Program-made: the position numbers and the translations under genes
Notes under the pieces: generated by a model
Seen by the model: the letters and a program-made list of their open reading frames with translations, nothing else
What the model was told of the DNA's origin: nothing
Databases searched by the model: none
In this document: positions 39,160 to 49,873 of the stretch, piece by piece
How positions within the stretch are numbered: position 1 is the first letter of the stretch
Layout of the letters: each line of letters starts with the position of its first letter
Assembly (NCBI GenBank): GCA_965215015.1
Contig: OZ244042.1
Span: 4,576,001-4,640,000, forward strand
From: Candidatus Poribacteria bacterium
Lineage (GTDB): Bacteria; Poribacteria; WGA-4E; PCPOR2b
DNA: 64,000 bases
Direction: 5' to 3'

Positions 39160-40227
39160 ATGAAACAACTCATCTTTGAGGACATCTATAGTTGGTCAAT
39201 TTTTAGTGAAATGCGCCAGGTCGACTTCAACGGGCATTTATGGGTTCGTCCTGAAGGTAATGTTCTTATAGATCCCGTACCGATGATTGATTCGGATTTG
39301 AACCAATTGGACAAACTGGGTGGGGCTGCACTGATTGTGCTCACCAATCGGGACCATGAGCGAGACGCAGCGTCCTTTCGCAAACACACAGGGGCCAATA
39401 TTGTCATTCACGAAGCGGATGCGGCTGCGTTAGAGGTCACGCCTGACCGTCAAATCACCGATGGTGAGGAGATTGTGCAGGGATTGCAGGCAATCCATCT
39501 GCGTTACGGAAAGAGTCCAGGAGAGATTGTGCTCTACTTCCCTGAAAAACGTGCCGTGCTGTCAGGCGACCTTATCGTTGGGGAACCTATTGGCTCATTG
39601 ACCCTGCTGGCAGATGAAAAGTTGGAAAATCCACCGAAAGCGGCGTTAGAACTACGAAAAATCCTCGCTTTGCCCTTTGATGCGATTCTGGTGGGGGATG
39701 GTCACTCGATTCTCCAAGATGCACGCCAACGATTGACCGAATGCCTCCAACGACGCCCGGACATTTATGTTAATCGAATTAACATTGACGAGATTAATTG
39801 GGTCAAACGGGATGCTCCTGAACCCTACGATTTTGAGGACAAGGACATTGATCCTCTCATCGGAGCGCAACTGTTAGGATATCGGATTATCCGCTTACAC
39901 CCCAACAACGCCAGTTTTCCGATGCACTTTCACCATTTTAGCGAGGAGATGTTCTATGTCATGGAGGGAGCGTGTACGCTCAAAACCCCACGTGGTGATT
40001 TGACGATTACAGCGGGGGATTTTATTGCCTTTCCGCCGGGGGAGGCGGGTGCCCACAAAATAATTAATATGGAGGAGGCACCGTGCACGGTGCTTGCGGT
40101 AGGGATGACCCAACCCCACGGTGTCAGCGAATATCCCGATTCCAACAAAGTTTTTCCCTACGTTTCTGGGCGGCTTTTCCGAAAAGACGACAATGTGAGT
40201 TACTGGGACGGTGAGGTAGAGGAATGA
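39160..40227 (+). CDS. MBL-fold domain fused to cupin domain
   Basis: VLIDP, TNRDHERD, SGDL, VGDG; cupin HFHHFSEEMFYVMEG...FPPGEAGAH. Confidence 0.8.
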   Translation: MKQLIFEDIYSWSIFSEMRQVDFNGHLWVRPEGNVLIDPVPMIDSDLNQLDKLGGAALIVLTNRDHERDAASFRKHTGANIVIHEADAAALEVTPDRQITDGEEIVQGLQAIHLRYGKSPGEIVLYFPEKRAVLSGDLIVGEPIGSLTLLADEKLENPPKAALELRKILALPFDAILVGDGHSILQDARQRLTECLQRRPDIYVNRINIDEINWVKRDAPEPYDFEDKDIDPLIGAQLLGYRIIRLHPNNASFPMHFHHFSEEMFYVMEGACTLKTPRGDLTITAGDFIAFPPGEAGAHKIINMEEAPCTVLAVGMTQPHGVSEYPDSNKVFPYVSGRLFRKDDNVSYWDGEVEE

Positions 40228-40284
40228 GCAGCTATTCAAAATTGTGCAAGGGTTTCAAACCTTCGCAAGGTTGGTTGCTATAGA

Positions 40285-40575
40285 TTATATGTTGCGTTCC
40301 GTTTTGTCCGTTGGACGTGCGGAGAGGTCGGTTCGAGGGGGAATATCCCACGAAATATAATCACACACCGGGCACTGGAGTTCGGCTTCAACAAGATTCC
40401 TAACCTTTCCTGTTTTTCGTGGCTTCCGTTGGGTGTAGCACTGTGTGCAGCGAACGGAGTGTAAATCGTGGGATTCGCCTCGTCCGAAGTGGACCAAGAG
40501 ATAGAAAAGCCCACAAACCACTCCAACGATAGCAAGGCAACAAAGGATGAAAAGTAGGAAAGGGATAATTTCCAT
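40285..40575 (-). CDS. Small membrane protein with CxxC...CxxC
   Basis: Hydrophobic N-terminus, CTQC and CPVC; ATG 4 bp after the upstream stop. Confidence 0.5.
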   Translation of the reverse strand: MEIIPFLLFILCCLAIVGVVCGLFYLLVHFGRGESHDLHSVRCTQCYTQRKPRKTGKVRNLVEAELQCPVCDYISWDIPPRTDLSARPTDKTERNI

Positions 40576-40579
40576 TCTC

Positions 40580-42616
40580 TTAAACCTTCCGTAAGTGCAG
40601 CACACTCAAACCGTAAACAATCACGCTTGGGATAGTGAATCGGATTCGCTCCCCACGCGTTTCGTGATGCAGGGTGACTGAATCTTGCTTCTCTGGATAG
40701 AGCCACTCGACCTTTTGTACCACGTAACCCTCCAGCACCTTACAATCCACATGAACCGGGCCGATTGGCTGAGGCGTTTCGATATCCGCCGCCTCATCCT
40801 GCCGGTAGTTGACCCAATGCAGCACCAAAGCCTCATGCCCTTCGGGCAACCAGGCGCGTACGCGGACGAACCAAGGAGCATCAGTCTTTAGATATACTTC
40901 CTCAAGCAAATCTTCCAGACGCCCAAGAAAATCCTGCCCGAAGGAATCGTGCTCTAGAAACGGATATACCGGTAGTTGTACGCCAGCCTGTACTTCCACT
41001 GAATTAGGCTCCCATTGTTCCCCTGCAATATAGCACACTCCCTCCGCTGTTGTGCGTTCTCGGCTTGCGTCTGCTTGCCTCTCCCAACCTACCAATAGAC
41101 TTTCAGGATAAGGCTGTCCGTCAAGCTGATATTTGCCGGTGTCTCCTGTAAAGATAAGTTTTTTACCTTTTTCGACAAATCGTTTGAGGTGTGCGCCCTC
41201 CTCTGGAGATAAACGTTTCACATCAGGCAAGATAAGCATGTGATAGTTCGCAGCACAATCAAGGAGCTGTTCATCGAGAATAATATCGAATAGTAGATGC
41301 CTATCCTCCAACAACCGACCGATCCGCTTGAGTGGTTCTAGGCAATCGGCTTCGTCCTCTAACTCAGCGCGGCGCGGATAGACCAACCCTATCTGTGCCC
41401 AGGGCTGAGCGGGATGCAGAAGGGAGTCGTGATCAGCGAGAAAACGCTGATAGCGGATGACAGGAGCGTAATAATCCTCCACAGCAAAATTCGGATTTTC
41501 ATCGTAGCCCCAATGAAATGCGAGTGCTGCGCCATGATTTGCTGCGGCTTCGGCAATGGACAGTCGCAAACGACGGAAATCGTACTTGTTAATCACAAAA
41601 GGTTTGCCACCACCAGCCGCATAGATAAACCGAGCAGGCATTCCCATATCCGCTAAATAGCCGTGCTTGATGAAACTCATCCCCTTATATCCACCTTGAC
41701 TATACCAGATATAATCCTCATCTTTTGCCCATAGCGCACTTGGCAAGAGGCTGCGTTCATCGTGCGGTTGGAAATCGTACTTGTGATACCACTGTGCCAA
41801 CAGGAGATCTGGCTTCAGCGAGCGACCATGCGCGATATATATTTCGTCCAGTGCCTCTTTGCGACGTAGATGGGTTGCACGGTTGACAGTTAGCTGCAAC
41901 CGTTGTCGTAGCTCGTCCGGACATGCTTGGCACTGAGTTAGAAGATCTGTGACTTCGGCAAGGTCATGTCTCCCAAAAATCTGTCGCAAATCTGTGCTAT
42001 CAAAGGCTTCTTGTAGCCGATCTCGCAGATAGTCTTGACAGTAGCGGCACCGGCAAAAATTCTCGAAGTTATGATGCACATTGAATCCGTCTATCCCTAG
42101 CTCAATGGCTTTTTTTACCATTGGCTTCAGGGTGGCAAGCCAGTGCGGATTGCACATACAACCGCTATACGTCAGATACGGACGGCCTTCGATGTCCCAA
42201 CGTCGTAGTGCCCCGTCCGCCATCCGTTGTTGGGTATCTTCTGCACTATCACAGGGGGCATTTCCGAGAAGGTCCGCTGTCCAGATTCTCTCCCAAGCAC
42301 CGAATAATCCCTGTCGTTTTTCGTGGTTTCCGTAGTTCCATGCCATGCTCATCTGTCCGACAACCCGCGCTCCAGCTTCTTGGAGTTGGGGGATGAGTTC
42401 TGCCGCACAGGCCAGGTTTTCTCTTACGCCAATTAGTGGCATCCCCACCCAGTGGCGATTTACTTCGGGGTCGTCTGCTAAACTGTAGAACATGGGCCCA
42501 AAAGTTCCTACTTGCACGACCTGTAACTTTGCCCTTCTCACATGCTCGACCAGGTCTAACCGCTGCGGTATACTCCAGTGCTCAGCCATACGATTAAACC
42601 AGAAATTTTTCGCCAT
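40580..42616 (-). CDS. Putative glycoside hydrolase-like protein (TIM barrel + GATase1/trimerization-like domain)
   Basis: CMCNPHW, GIDGF, CRCRYC, LILPDV, LHWVNY; GGAGG RBS. Confidence 0.6.
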   Translation of the reverse strand: MAKNFWFNRMAEHWSIPQRLDLVEHVRRAKLQVVQVGTFGPMFYSLADDPEVNRHWVGMPLIGVRENLACAAELIPQLQEAGARVVGQMSMAWNYGNHEKRQGLFGAWERIWTADLLGNAPCDSAEDTQQRMADGALRRWDIEGRPYLTYSGCMCNPHWLATLKPMVKKAIELGIDGFNVHHNFENFCRCRYCQDYLRDRLQEAFDSTDLRQIFGRHDLAEVTDLLTQCQACPDELRQRLQLTVNRATHLRRKEALDEIYIAHGRSLKPDLLLAQWYHKYDFQPHDERSLLPSALWAKDEDYIWYSQGGYKGMSFIKHGYLADMGMPARFIYAAGGGKPFVINKYDFRRLRLSIAEAAANHGAALAFHWGYDENPNFAVEDYYAPVIRYQRFLADHDSLLHPAQPWAQIGLVYPRRAELEDEADCLEPLKRIGRLLEDRHLLFDIILDEQLLDCAANYHMLILPDVKRLSPEEGAHLKRFVEKGKKLIFTGDTGKYQLDGQPYPESLLVGWERQADASRERTTAEGVCYIAGEQWEPNSVEVQAGVQLPVYPFLEHDSFGQDFLGRLEDLLEEVYLKTDAPWFVRVRAWLPEGHEALVLHWVNYRQDEAADIETPQPIGPVHVDCKVLEGYVVQKVEWLYPEKQDSVTLHHETRGERIRFTIPSVIVYGLSVLHLRKV

Positions 42617-42679
42617 GTTTCCTCCTTGACCAAATCTTATTTGTGCAAAAAGAAACGTAATAAGCCCTGATTGGGCTAA

Positions 42680-42790
42680 AATTAACCGCGGAGACGCAGA
42701 GGGCACAGAGAAAAACATAAGAGTTATGTCCAACATTACTATTTTAATGCTTCTCTACGTTTCTCCGCGTTCATCTGTGCTTCGGCTGTC
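42680..42790. repeat. Intergenic inverted repeat element
   Basis: CCGCGGAGACGCAGAGGGCACAGAG and inverse TCTCTACGTTTCTCCGCG. Confidence 0.5.
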
Positions 42791-42842
42791 AGTCTTGAAT
42801 AAAAGTCCGCAACGACTTACTCCTACTTCCACTTTGCGCTAG

Positions 42843-44078
42843 TTATGCAAGTGCTTCTAACAGACGGGAGACATCTTCTTGATTGTTGAAGACAGAAGGG
42901 GAGATCCGCATCTTGTTGCCGTAGCGCATTGCGACGTGAACGCCGGTGTTCCTGAGCTTCGCCATTGTTGTCGCTGGGTCCGGCACCGCAAAAGTCACAA
43001 TAGGACTTTCGTTTCCCTTGGGAGTGATGGCAGGATAGCCGAGGGCGGGCAGTTCCTCCATCAGGCGATCGGTGAGTGTTCGTACATGATTACGGATGTG
43101 ATGCACACCCAACCGGAGAATGTACTTCAGGCTTTCTTGTGCACAAACAGCACCTTCGTAAGACGGGTAGCTAACTTCGTAACAAGTAGGGCCGGGGGTT
43201 GGCGTAAAGGCGAACTCCGCGACCTCTGGATCAGGTTCTTCAATCCAAGGGGGATAATTAAAACCCAAGCCGCCGCAGTGCTGAGTGGGCTTCACCACGG
43301 TTCCCTGGAGATCTGACCGCACATAGAGAAAACCAAATCCCTTGACGCCCATCAACCACTTAAAAGTGGAGCACGCAGCGAAGTCGATGCCCATTGCTTG
43401 CACGTCAACCGGCACAGCCCCTACCCCCTGAATAATATCGACGTAGAGATAAGCACCATGTGCGTGGGCGAGATCGCTGATAGCCTTTACGTCCGAGAGG
43501 TAGCCGTTGACGTTGGATACCAGCGTAATAGAGACTAGTTTGGTGTTTTTATCTACTGCGCGCTCCATGTCGCGGTAGTCGATTTGCCAATCGCGGTGTT
43601 TGACGATGCGGAGGTTCTCACCCGCTCCGCTGTGCAGGAGTCCAGCCGCCTGCTGCCGCATTTTGTAGTTGTAGAGCGATGCGGCGTAGTGTAGGTCGTG
43701 GGTGACGATGTTGCCATCGGATAGGTGCTCCTGCATACCGTTGATCAGGTTGCTCTCTGCCTCAACAGCACTGCGAGCAAAAGCGATATCTTCCGGTTGG
43801 GCATTGATGAGTTTAGCAAAGAGATGTTTCGATTCATCCCGTGGTGCTGCCCACGGGGGCCACCACGGCTCGCCGACCTCGTGTGTAACCCAATCGATAT
43901 AGCGGTGCAAGGCTGCAGCGGAGTGAACACTGAGCGGATGTGATGAGGCGTTATCGAAGTATGCAGCTGTCTTTGCCCGCGGAAAATCGTTGCGGACTAC
44001 GCCGAAGTTGGGCGTACCATCTGGGGACGCAATAGCGGTCGCTTGCTCGTTTATGAGAGGAGCTTGGCGCGGGTTCAT
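42843..44078 (-). CDS. Class V PLP-dependent aminotransferase-fold enzyme
   Basis: YFDNAS, VDIIQGVG, CSTFKWLMG, RISPSVFN. Confidence 0.88.
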   Translation of the reverse strand: MNPRQAPLINEQATAIASPDGTPNFGVVRNDFPRAKTAAYFDNASSHPLSVHSAAALHRYIDWVTHEVGEPWWPPWAAPRDESKHLFAKLINAQPEDIAFARSAVEAESNLINGMQEHLSDGNIVTHDLHYAASLYNYKMRQQAAGLLHSGAGENLRIVKHRDWQIDYRDMERAVDKNTKLVSITLVSNVNGYLSDVKAISDLAHAHGAYLYVDIIQGVGAVPVDVQAMGIDFAACSTFKWLMGVKGFGFLYVRSDLQGTVVKPTQHCGGLGFNYPPWIEEPDPEVAEFAFTPTPGPTCYEVSYPSYEGAVCAQESLKYILRLGVHHIRNHVRTLTDRLMEELPALGYPAITPKGNESPIVTFAVPDPATTMAKLRNTGVHVAMRYGNKMRISPSVFNNQEDVSRLLEALA

Positions 44079-44179
44079 GATTGAACTCCAATACTAAGTT
44101 GAGCGAATATCTTGCTCCAACAAGGTGATATTCACTAGGTGACAAGTTTGCAGCTGGTCTTTCACATTTTTGGCACCTG

Positions 44180-45124
44180 CTAAGTTGTATAAAGGGTCAC
44201 AATATCCATGTCCGATAGAACATGTCCTTTACCAACCTGTTGACCGGGAAATTTCACGGAATTGCCCCAAACTTGGGCATGTTTCAACTTTTGGACCATG
44301 TCCTTATGAATCTTGCCTGCAAAATTTTCTATGGTGCTATTGGCAGGGATTATCACCGGTTTCTCATCGGGCACGTTTCCAGACTGGCTTGAACGTGGAA
44401 ACACGCGAATCAATCCTGTGGCTACTCGCAGGGCTTCTTTTAGTGCTTCAAGGTGCAAGTTCTGCTCGGCCGATACTGCAATACTTTTGAATTGAGCAAA
44501 TCGCGTCTGTACTGCTCTTAAACGGCTTTCGGCATTGGGCGCATCCATTTTTGTGTATACGATTAACAAAGGTTGAGGTAATTTCGTTTTAGATAATTCC
44601 GTTAAAATGCTATCCAACTGTTGTGGGTCAGCAGTCAGGTCGTGTGAGACCATTAAACCATCAGCATTAGCCGCCACACTAAGTAAGGCTTGTCCCCGAC
44701 CTCGTCCCTCTGTTGCTCCCTCGATCAGACCGGGAATTTCAACCAGTTGAATCCACAGTCCACCACAATCTACTCGTGCTGGTATAGGTCTCAACGTGGT
44801 GAAAGCGTAATCAGCAACTTTTATCTGCCTGCGAGAGAGTGCCTTGAGCAATGCGGATTTTCCGGCGTTGGGTGCACCCACCAGGGCCATCTGAAAGTGC
44901 CCTTCTTTCTCAACAGCCAGCGTGTCTTTATGTTGTACCTTTGATCGTTTTTGCTGCTGTTGAATTTCTTTGTTGAGTGCCTTACGAAGGTCAGCATAGG
45001 GGCCACTGCGATAGTTAGGTAATTCCTTAAGAATTCGATGGAGTTCATCCTGCTTTTCCTTGCCCACCTTTCCCTTCAATCGCCTTTTGATTTTCTGCTT
45101 CATCACTTTATGAGACATTGGCAT
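44180..45124 (-). CDS. DRG/Rbg-like OBG-family GTPase with TGS domain
   Basis: VEKEG..Q, GAPNAGKS, ADYAFTT, IQLVEIPGLIEGA.EGRGRG, TKMD, SAE; TGS IHKD...VWG.SVKFPGQQVG..HVL.D.D. Confidence 0.85.
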   Translation of the reverse strand: MPMSHKVMKQKIKRRLKGKVGKEKQDELHRILKELPNYRSGPYADLRKALNKEIQQQQKRSKVQHKDTLAVEKEGHFQMALVGAPNAGKSALLKALSRRQIKVADYAFTTLRPIPARVDCGGLWIQLVEIPGLIEGATEGRGRGQALLSVAANADGLMVSHDLTADPQQLDSILTELSKTKLPQPLLIVYTKMDAPNAESRLRAVQTRFAQFKSIAVSAEQNLHLEALKEALRVATGLIRVFPRSSQSGNVPDEKPVIIPANSTIENFAGKIHKDMVQKLKHAQVWGNSVKFPGQQVGKGHVLSDMDIVTLYTT

Positions 45125-45503
45125 AGGGCATTCTCCATATCTGGAAATCGAAAGTATGGCTCAACCAAATGAAACTCGCGCCAGGGACAAAAATTTACAT
45201 GTACTCAACTTTTAGATTTGACACTGGATTTGACACTGGGAAGTGTACTCGAAAAATAAGGTTTTGCACTGAAGTTTTCACGATTATCTTATCAGCGTTT
45301 GATCAATTTTACAACAAAAATGAGGTCAATCTGTAATTCCATTGTTTTGTCGCTAATATTAAGAAAGGGTGGTATAATATTTAGAACGCATTAGTTGCTA
45401 CCTAAATTAAGCGTGAAAGGTCTCTAGTAAGCACGACCAAATCGCTAGACTGGTGTTTATTCATCCTAAAAGCTTGGTATTATACTACAATGGAGGTGCT
45501 TTT

Positions 45504-46529
45504 ATGCCATTTGGAGGCAATGACTGGCTTGCTTTAACCTCGGAACCGACCTTGGAGCCGGAGATTCCCATTTGCGACCCCCATCACCACTTCTGGGACT
45601 TTCGGACGGAGCGTGTTCCTTATCAACGGTATCTACTCCACGAGCTAGCCGATGACGTAAATAGTGGTCACAACGTCCGCTCCACCGTGTTTGTTGAGGC
45701 AAGGGCGATGTACCGCGCTGAGGGACCAGAAGAGATGCGTCCTGTTGGTGAAGTCGAATTTGTGCAAGGGTTGGCAGCTGCCAGCGCAAGTGGACTATAT
45801 GGCTCCTGTCGAGCTGCGGCTGCCATCATTGGGCACGCCAATCTGAACCTAGGGGAGCGCGTCGAGCCGGTCCTTCAAGCGTTGCAGGCAGCCAGCCCCA
45901 ATCGCTTTCGTGGTATCCGCCATGCCGTAACTTGGGATCCCCACCCAGAGGTGGAAAACACGAGCACCCACAAAATAGAGAAGCAATTGGCTAGCGATAA
46001 TTTTCGAGCGGGTGCGCGGGTGCTAGCACGTATGGGGTTATCCTTTGAGGCATGGATGTACTTCCCGCAGCTGCCAGAATTGGCGGATTTCGCCAAGACA
46101 GTGCCTGACTTGACCATTATCCTTAACCATATCGGCGGTTTGCTACGGGTAGGTCCGTATGCTAACCGGGATGACGAGGTACTCGCCACTTGGCGGAGCG
46201 GCATCGCCGCTGTGGCAGAATGCCCCAATATCAACGTCAAACTGGGTGGCATTGGGATGCCCCGTACCGGTTTTGACTGGCACGCCCGAACAATACCCGC
46301 CGGTTCGGAAGAGCTCGCGGCGGATATGGCCCCCTTGATGAATTACTGCATTGAGCAGTTTGGACCTGACCGGTGTATGTTTGAGAGCAATTTCCCAGTG
46401 GATAAGGTATCATATTCCTACAACGTGATGTATAACGCTTTCAAGCGGTTATCGTCGGGTTACTCGGCCGCGGCGCGCGCTGCTATGTTTCATGATACCG
46501 CCACTCGTGTATACCGGATAGCCCCCTAA
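45504..46529 (+). CDS. Amidohydrolase family protein (Amidohydro_2)
   Basis: CDPHHHFWD, FRGIRH, LNHIGG, VKLGG, FESNFPVD; GGAGG RBS. Confidence 0.9.
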   Translation: MPFGGNDWLALTSEPTLEPEIPICDPHHHFWDFRTERVPYQRYLLHELADDVNSGHNVRSTVFVEARAMYRAEGPEEMRPVGEVEFVQGLAAASASGLYGSCRAAAAIIGHANLNLGERVEPVLQALQAASPNRFRGIRHAVTWDPHPEVENTSTHKIEKQLASDNFRAGARVLARMGLSFEAWMYFPQLPELADFAKTVPDLTIILNHIGGLLRVGPYANRDDEVLATWRSGIAAVAECPNINVKLGGIGMPRTGFDWHARTIPAGSEELAADMAPLMNYCIEQFGPDRCMFESNFPVDKVSYSYNVMYNAFKRLSSGYSAAARAAMFHDTATRVYRIAP

Positions 46530-46760
46530 ACCAATGGTGGTAATTTGCAACTGTTGATACGCTCTCCGGTCAAAGACCGACAGTGAAACGTAAAAACCAT
46601 TTGTTCATTAGTTCATTAGTACAGTCAGATGAGGACACCCGATCACCCGATATTGATAAGATAATAAGTCTTAAATCGCTAAGAGGAATAGGTGACAACT
46701 TGCGTTATAATTTCCCATTACACATACTTTCCGATGTTGTAAGAGCGGCATGACGATATT

Positions 46761-48455
46761 ATGAAAATAAAAAAACCATCAGGCATCAAAAGCGGCTTAA
46801 CAAATTACGGAGATCCAGAATTCAGCGTCTACATCCGTAAGGCGTTTGCGAAAGCGATGGGATATTCGGATGAGGAGTTGGAACGCCCGATTGTCGGCAT
46901 CATCAATACCTTCAGTGGTTTCAATAGCTGTCATCACAATTTTGGTGACCTCATCGAAGCGGTAAAGCGGGGGGTGTTGTCTCACGGTGGATTGCCGATT
47001 GAATTCCCAACAATTTCGCTCGGGGAGATGTTTACAGCACCTACCACCATGATGTTCCGCAACCTGATGGCAATTGACACAGAGGAAATGATTCGCGCCC
47101 AGCCGATGGATGGTGTTGTCCTGTTAGGTGGGTGCGACAAGACCGTTCCCGCCCAGTTGATGGGAGCTGTGAGCGCAGATCGGCCGGCAATCTGCCTGGT
47201 TGCGGGCCCGATGATTACCGGGGATTATCAAGGTGAACGACTTGGGGCTTGCACCGACTGCCGTCGATTCTGGGGTGAATACCGCGCTGGCCGTTTGAAC
47301 GCAGACGAAGTCGCTGAGGTTGAGAGTCGGTTGTGCTCCAGCACGGGGACTTGTATGGTGATGGGCACCGCCAGCACGATGGCAGCGTTAGCGGAGGCAC
47401 TCGGACTGATGTTGCCCGGAGGTGCTGCCATCCCCGCAGTGATGGCGGAACGACGCCGTCACGCGGAAGCAGCAGGTAGAACGATCGTCTCAATGATCAA
47501 AAACGATCTCCGACCGTCAAAGATTTTGACGCAACAGTCCTTCGAGAATGCCATCCGCCTCCTGATGGCGATTGGTGGTTCAACAAATGGCGTCATCCAC
47601 TTGACAGCGATTGCGCGACGCCTTGGTATCCAACTCAATCTTACTGACTTCGATCGGATCAGCGATGAAACCCCTGTTTTGGTAAATCTCAAGCCGAGCG
47701 GTGAGTATTATATGGAAGATCTCTTTAAGGTGGGTGGGATTCCGGTTGTGATGAAGGAGCTCGAAGATGTTATCCATCGAGATGCCCAGACAGTGCTGGG
47801 GAGTAGTATCGGAGAAAATCTCTCGGCAGTGCCTTATCCCCCTGCGTGGCAGGATGTTATCAAGTCCAGAGCAGCACCGCTATTTGAATCTGGAACACTT
47901 GCCAGTCTCTTTGGGAACTTAGCACCACAAGGGGCAGTGCTTAAGCGTTCCGCTGCTTCGCCCAGTCTGCTGACGCATCGGGGGCCGGCAGTTGTTTTTA
48001 AATCGCTCGAAGATCTACACAACCGCATTGATGATCCCAATTTGCCCGTTACCAAAGATCATGTCATCGTGCTCCAGAACGCGGGCCCCATCGGTGGACC
48101 GGGGATGCCGGAAGCAGGCTATCTCCCAATTCCAAAGAAGCTCTTGCGAGCTGGCGTTAAAGACATGGTTCGCATCTCTGACGCTCGGATGAGTGGAACG
48201 GCATTTGGCACGATTGTGCTCCACATTGCCCCTGAAGCGGCTGTCGGAGGCCCTCTAGCGTTGGTGGAGGAAGGTGATCTGATTGAGTTGGATGTCCCAA
48301 ACAAACGTTTGCAATTGCTAGTCAATGACACGGTACTGGCAAAGCGGAGGGATCGGCTTGTCCTTCCTAAGCCACACTTCAAGCGGGGCTATGGGTTGCT
48401 ATACACCCAGCACATTGAGCAGGCTCACTTGGGTTGTGACTTTGATTTTCTTTAG
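46761..48455 (+). CDS. IlvD/Edd family dehydratase (probably a sugar-acid dehydratase)
   Basis: NSCH, GGCDKT, CMVMGTASTM, GGSTN, GPGMPE, SDARMSGT. Confidence 0.9.
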   Translation: MKIKKPSGIKSGLTNYGDPEFSVYIRKAFAKAMGYSDEELERPIVGIINTFSGFNSCHHNFGDLIEAVKRGVLSHGGLPIEFPTISLGEMFTAPTTMMFRNLMAIDTEEMIRAQPMDGVVLLGGCDKTVPAQLMGAVSADRPAICLVAGPMITGDYQGERLGACTDCRRFWGEYRAGRLNADEVAEVESRLCSSTGTCMVMGTASTMAALAEALGLMLPGGAAIPAVMAERRRHAEAAGRTIVSMIKNDLRPSKILTQQSFENAIRLLMAIGGSTNGVIHLTAIARRLGIQLNLTDFDRISDETPVLVNLKPSGEYYMEDLFKVGGIPVVMKELEDVIHRDAQTVLGSSIGENLSAVPYPPAWQDVIKSRAAPLFESGTLASLFGNLAPQGAVLKRSAASPSLLTHRGPAVVFKSLEDLHNRIDDPNLPVTKDHVIVLQNAGPIGGPGMPEAGYLPIPKKLLRAGVKDMVRISDARMSGTAFGTIVLHIAPEAAVGGPLALVEEGDLIELDVPNKRLQLLVNDTVLAKRRDRLVLPKPHFKRGYGLLYTQHIEQAHLGCDFDFL

Positions 48456-48547
48456 TTTTCACAGGTAACCCAAATCTGCGTTCTCTACTGACCCACATCA
48501 ATCCCAAAGGATAGGAAATTTGCGTTATTTTAAGGAAAGGAATTTTT

Positions 48548-49708
48548 ATGAGTCAACCAACTCGCGTTGCGATACTCGGTCTCGGACAACGTGGGCTGCA
48601 GCATTTGCGGGCTCTTTGGAAACTTCAAGATGAGGGGCTTGTTAAAATTGCAGCGTTAATTGACGCTTTTGAGGACAACCTTGCGGAGACGAAAATCCAG
48701 GGATATGTGGCTGGATTTCAAATAGATGATATCCACACCTCAACAGATTTCGGGGAGACCCTCGCAGCACTACGATTGGACGCAATCTATTTCGCCTTAC
48801 CGCCGGGGGTACACAACGGTGAGATCATCCAAGCGGCGAATGCGGGGGTGCACATTTTCGCTGAGAAACCGATGAGCCTCTATCTAAACGAAGCCGTTGA
48901 GATGGAGCGTGCAATAGAGGCAAATGGCGTCATTTCCACAGCGGGATTCCAGCAGCGGTACGATTCACGTTATGAAACCGTTCACAAATTCCTCGCGGAT
49001 AAGCAACCGGTAATGAGCACGATTATAGTGAACGGTGCGCTTGAAGGCCATTCAATCAAGCATACCAAAACTGAAACGCTGGGTGGGCCCGCCAATCGTG
49101 TCTGGACAGCAAATTACGAATGGTCCGGGGCGACTGTTGTGGAAGGGGGGATTCACCAAACGGATCTGATGCGGTATTGGTTCGGTGACATTGCATGGGT
49201 TGAGGCGAATTATGTCCATCGTGACGCTTCGGACATCGTTGATGGTGGGAATAATCCTTATGCCTACAGTGTAAGATACGGCTTTGAGTGTGGCTGCATT
49301 GCCAATCTCATCCTGTCCCGTCTGCGCCAAACATACTATAACGATGGGTATGAAAGTATACTCTGGACCCATGGGCATTTGAAGTTTGAGGGAAATGATG
49401 TAGTCGCTTACTACTACGATGGTCCATACCCACCGGCGCAAACACCGTCAGAAGAAGCAATTCGCCATCTACTTCCGATGCCTCCTCATGTGGACCCAAC
49501 AGAGCAGATCAGTCGCGCTTTTCTCGGCGCGATTGAGACGGGGGTTTCAAATCGACTGCGGAGTACCTTCGCGAGTGGCATGAATAGCCTTGCCGCGGTG
49601 CTTGGTGCAAACGCCTCTGATCAACTTGATGGCGAACGCATATATCTCAAGGAGCTTCTTGCTGATGAGAGGTACGCTTGTTTCCGCCGCAAGCCTGCTA
49701 ACAGATAG
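48548..49708 (+). CDS. Gfo/Idh/MocA family oxidoreductase
   Basis: GLGQRG, FAEKPM, AGFQQRY, EGGIHQTD. Confidence 0.88.
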   Translation: MSQPTRVAILGLGQRGLQHLRALWKLQDEGLVKIAALIDAFEDNLAETKIQGYVAGFQIDDIHTSTDFGETLAALRLDAIYFALPPGVHNGEIIQAANAGVHIFAEKPMSLYLNEAVEMERAIEANGVISTAGFQQRYDSRYETVHKFLADKQPVMSTIIVNGALEGHSIKHTKTETLGGPANRVWTANYEWSGATVVEGGIHQTDLMRYWFGDIAWVEANYVHRDASDIVDGGNNPYAYSVRYGFECGCIANLILSRLRQTYYNDGYESILWTHGHLKFEGNDVVAYYYDGPYPPAQTPSEEAIRHLLPMPPHVDPTEQISRAFLGAIETGVSNRLRSTFASGMNSLAAVLGANASDQLDGERIYLKELLADERYACFRRKPANR

Positions 49709-49807
49709 TTTCCGCGGATCTACGCGAGTGCTTCTATCGCGATTCAATCTTCTTGACGAGCCATTGCAAGAGTGTTAAGATAAAAGCGGAAGATGAACTA
49801 TATCACT

Positions 49808-49873
49808 AAAAAAGGCATATACGTTTGCCCAATGGAACATCCGTGGATAATCCATAAGGCAACCGTATATGCC
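49808..49873 (-). terminator. Long hairpin with U-tract (terminator or small RNA 3' end)
   Basis: GGCATATACGTTTGCC / GGCAACCGTATATGCC 16-bp stem with A6. Confidence 0.55.

Noticed and set aside
43612-43645. Possible short in-frame insertion in the class V aminotransferase (LHSGAGEN)
   Set aside because: Cannot be judged without an alignment.
45215-45238. Tandem GATTTGACACTG x2 (and GTTCATTA x2 near 46603)
   Set aside because: Two-copy duplications consistent with slippage; no further support.
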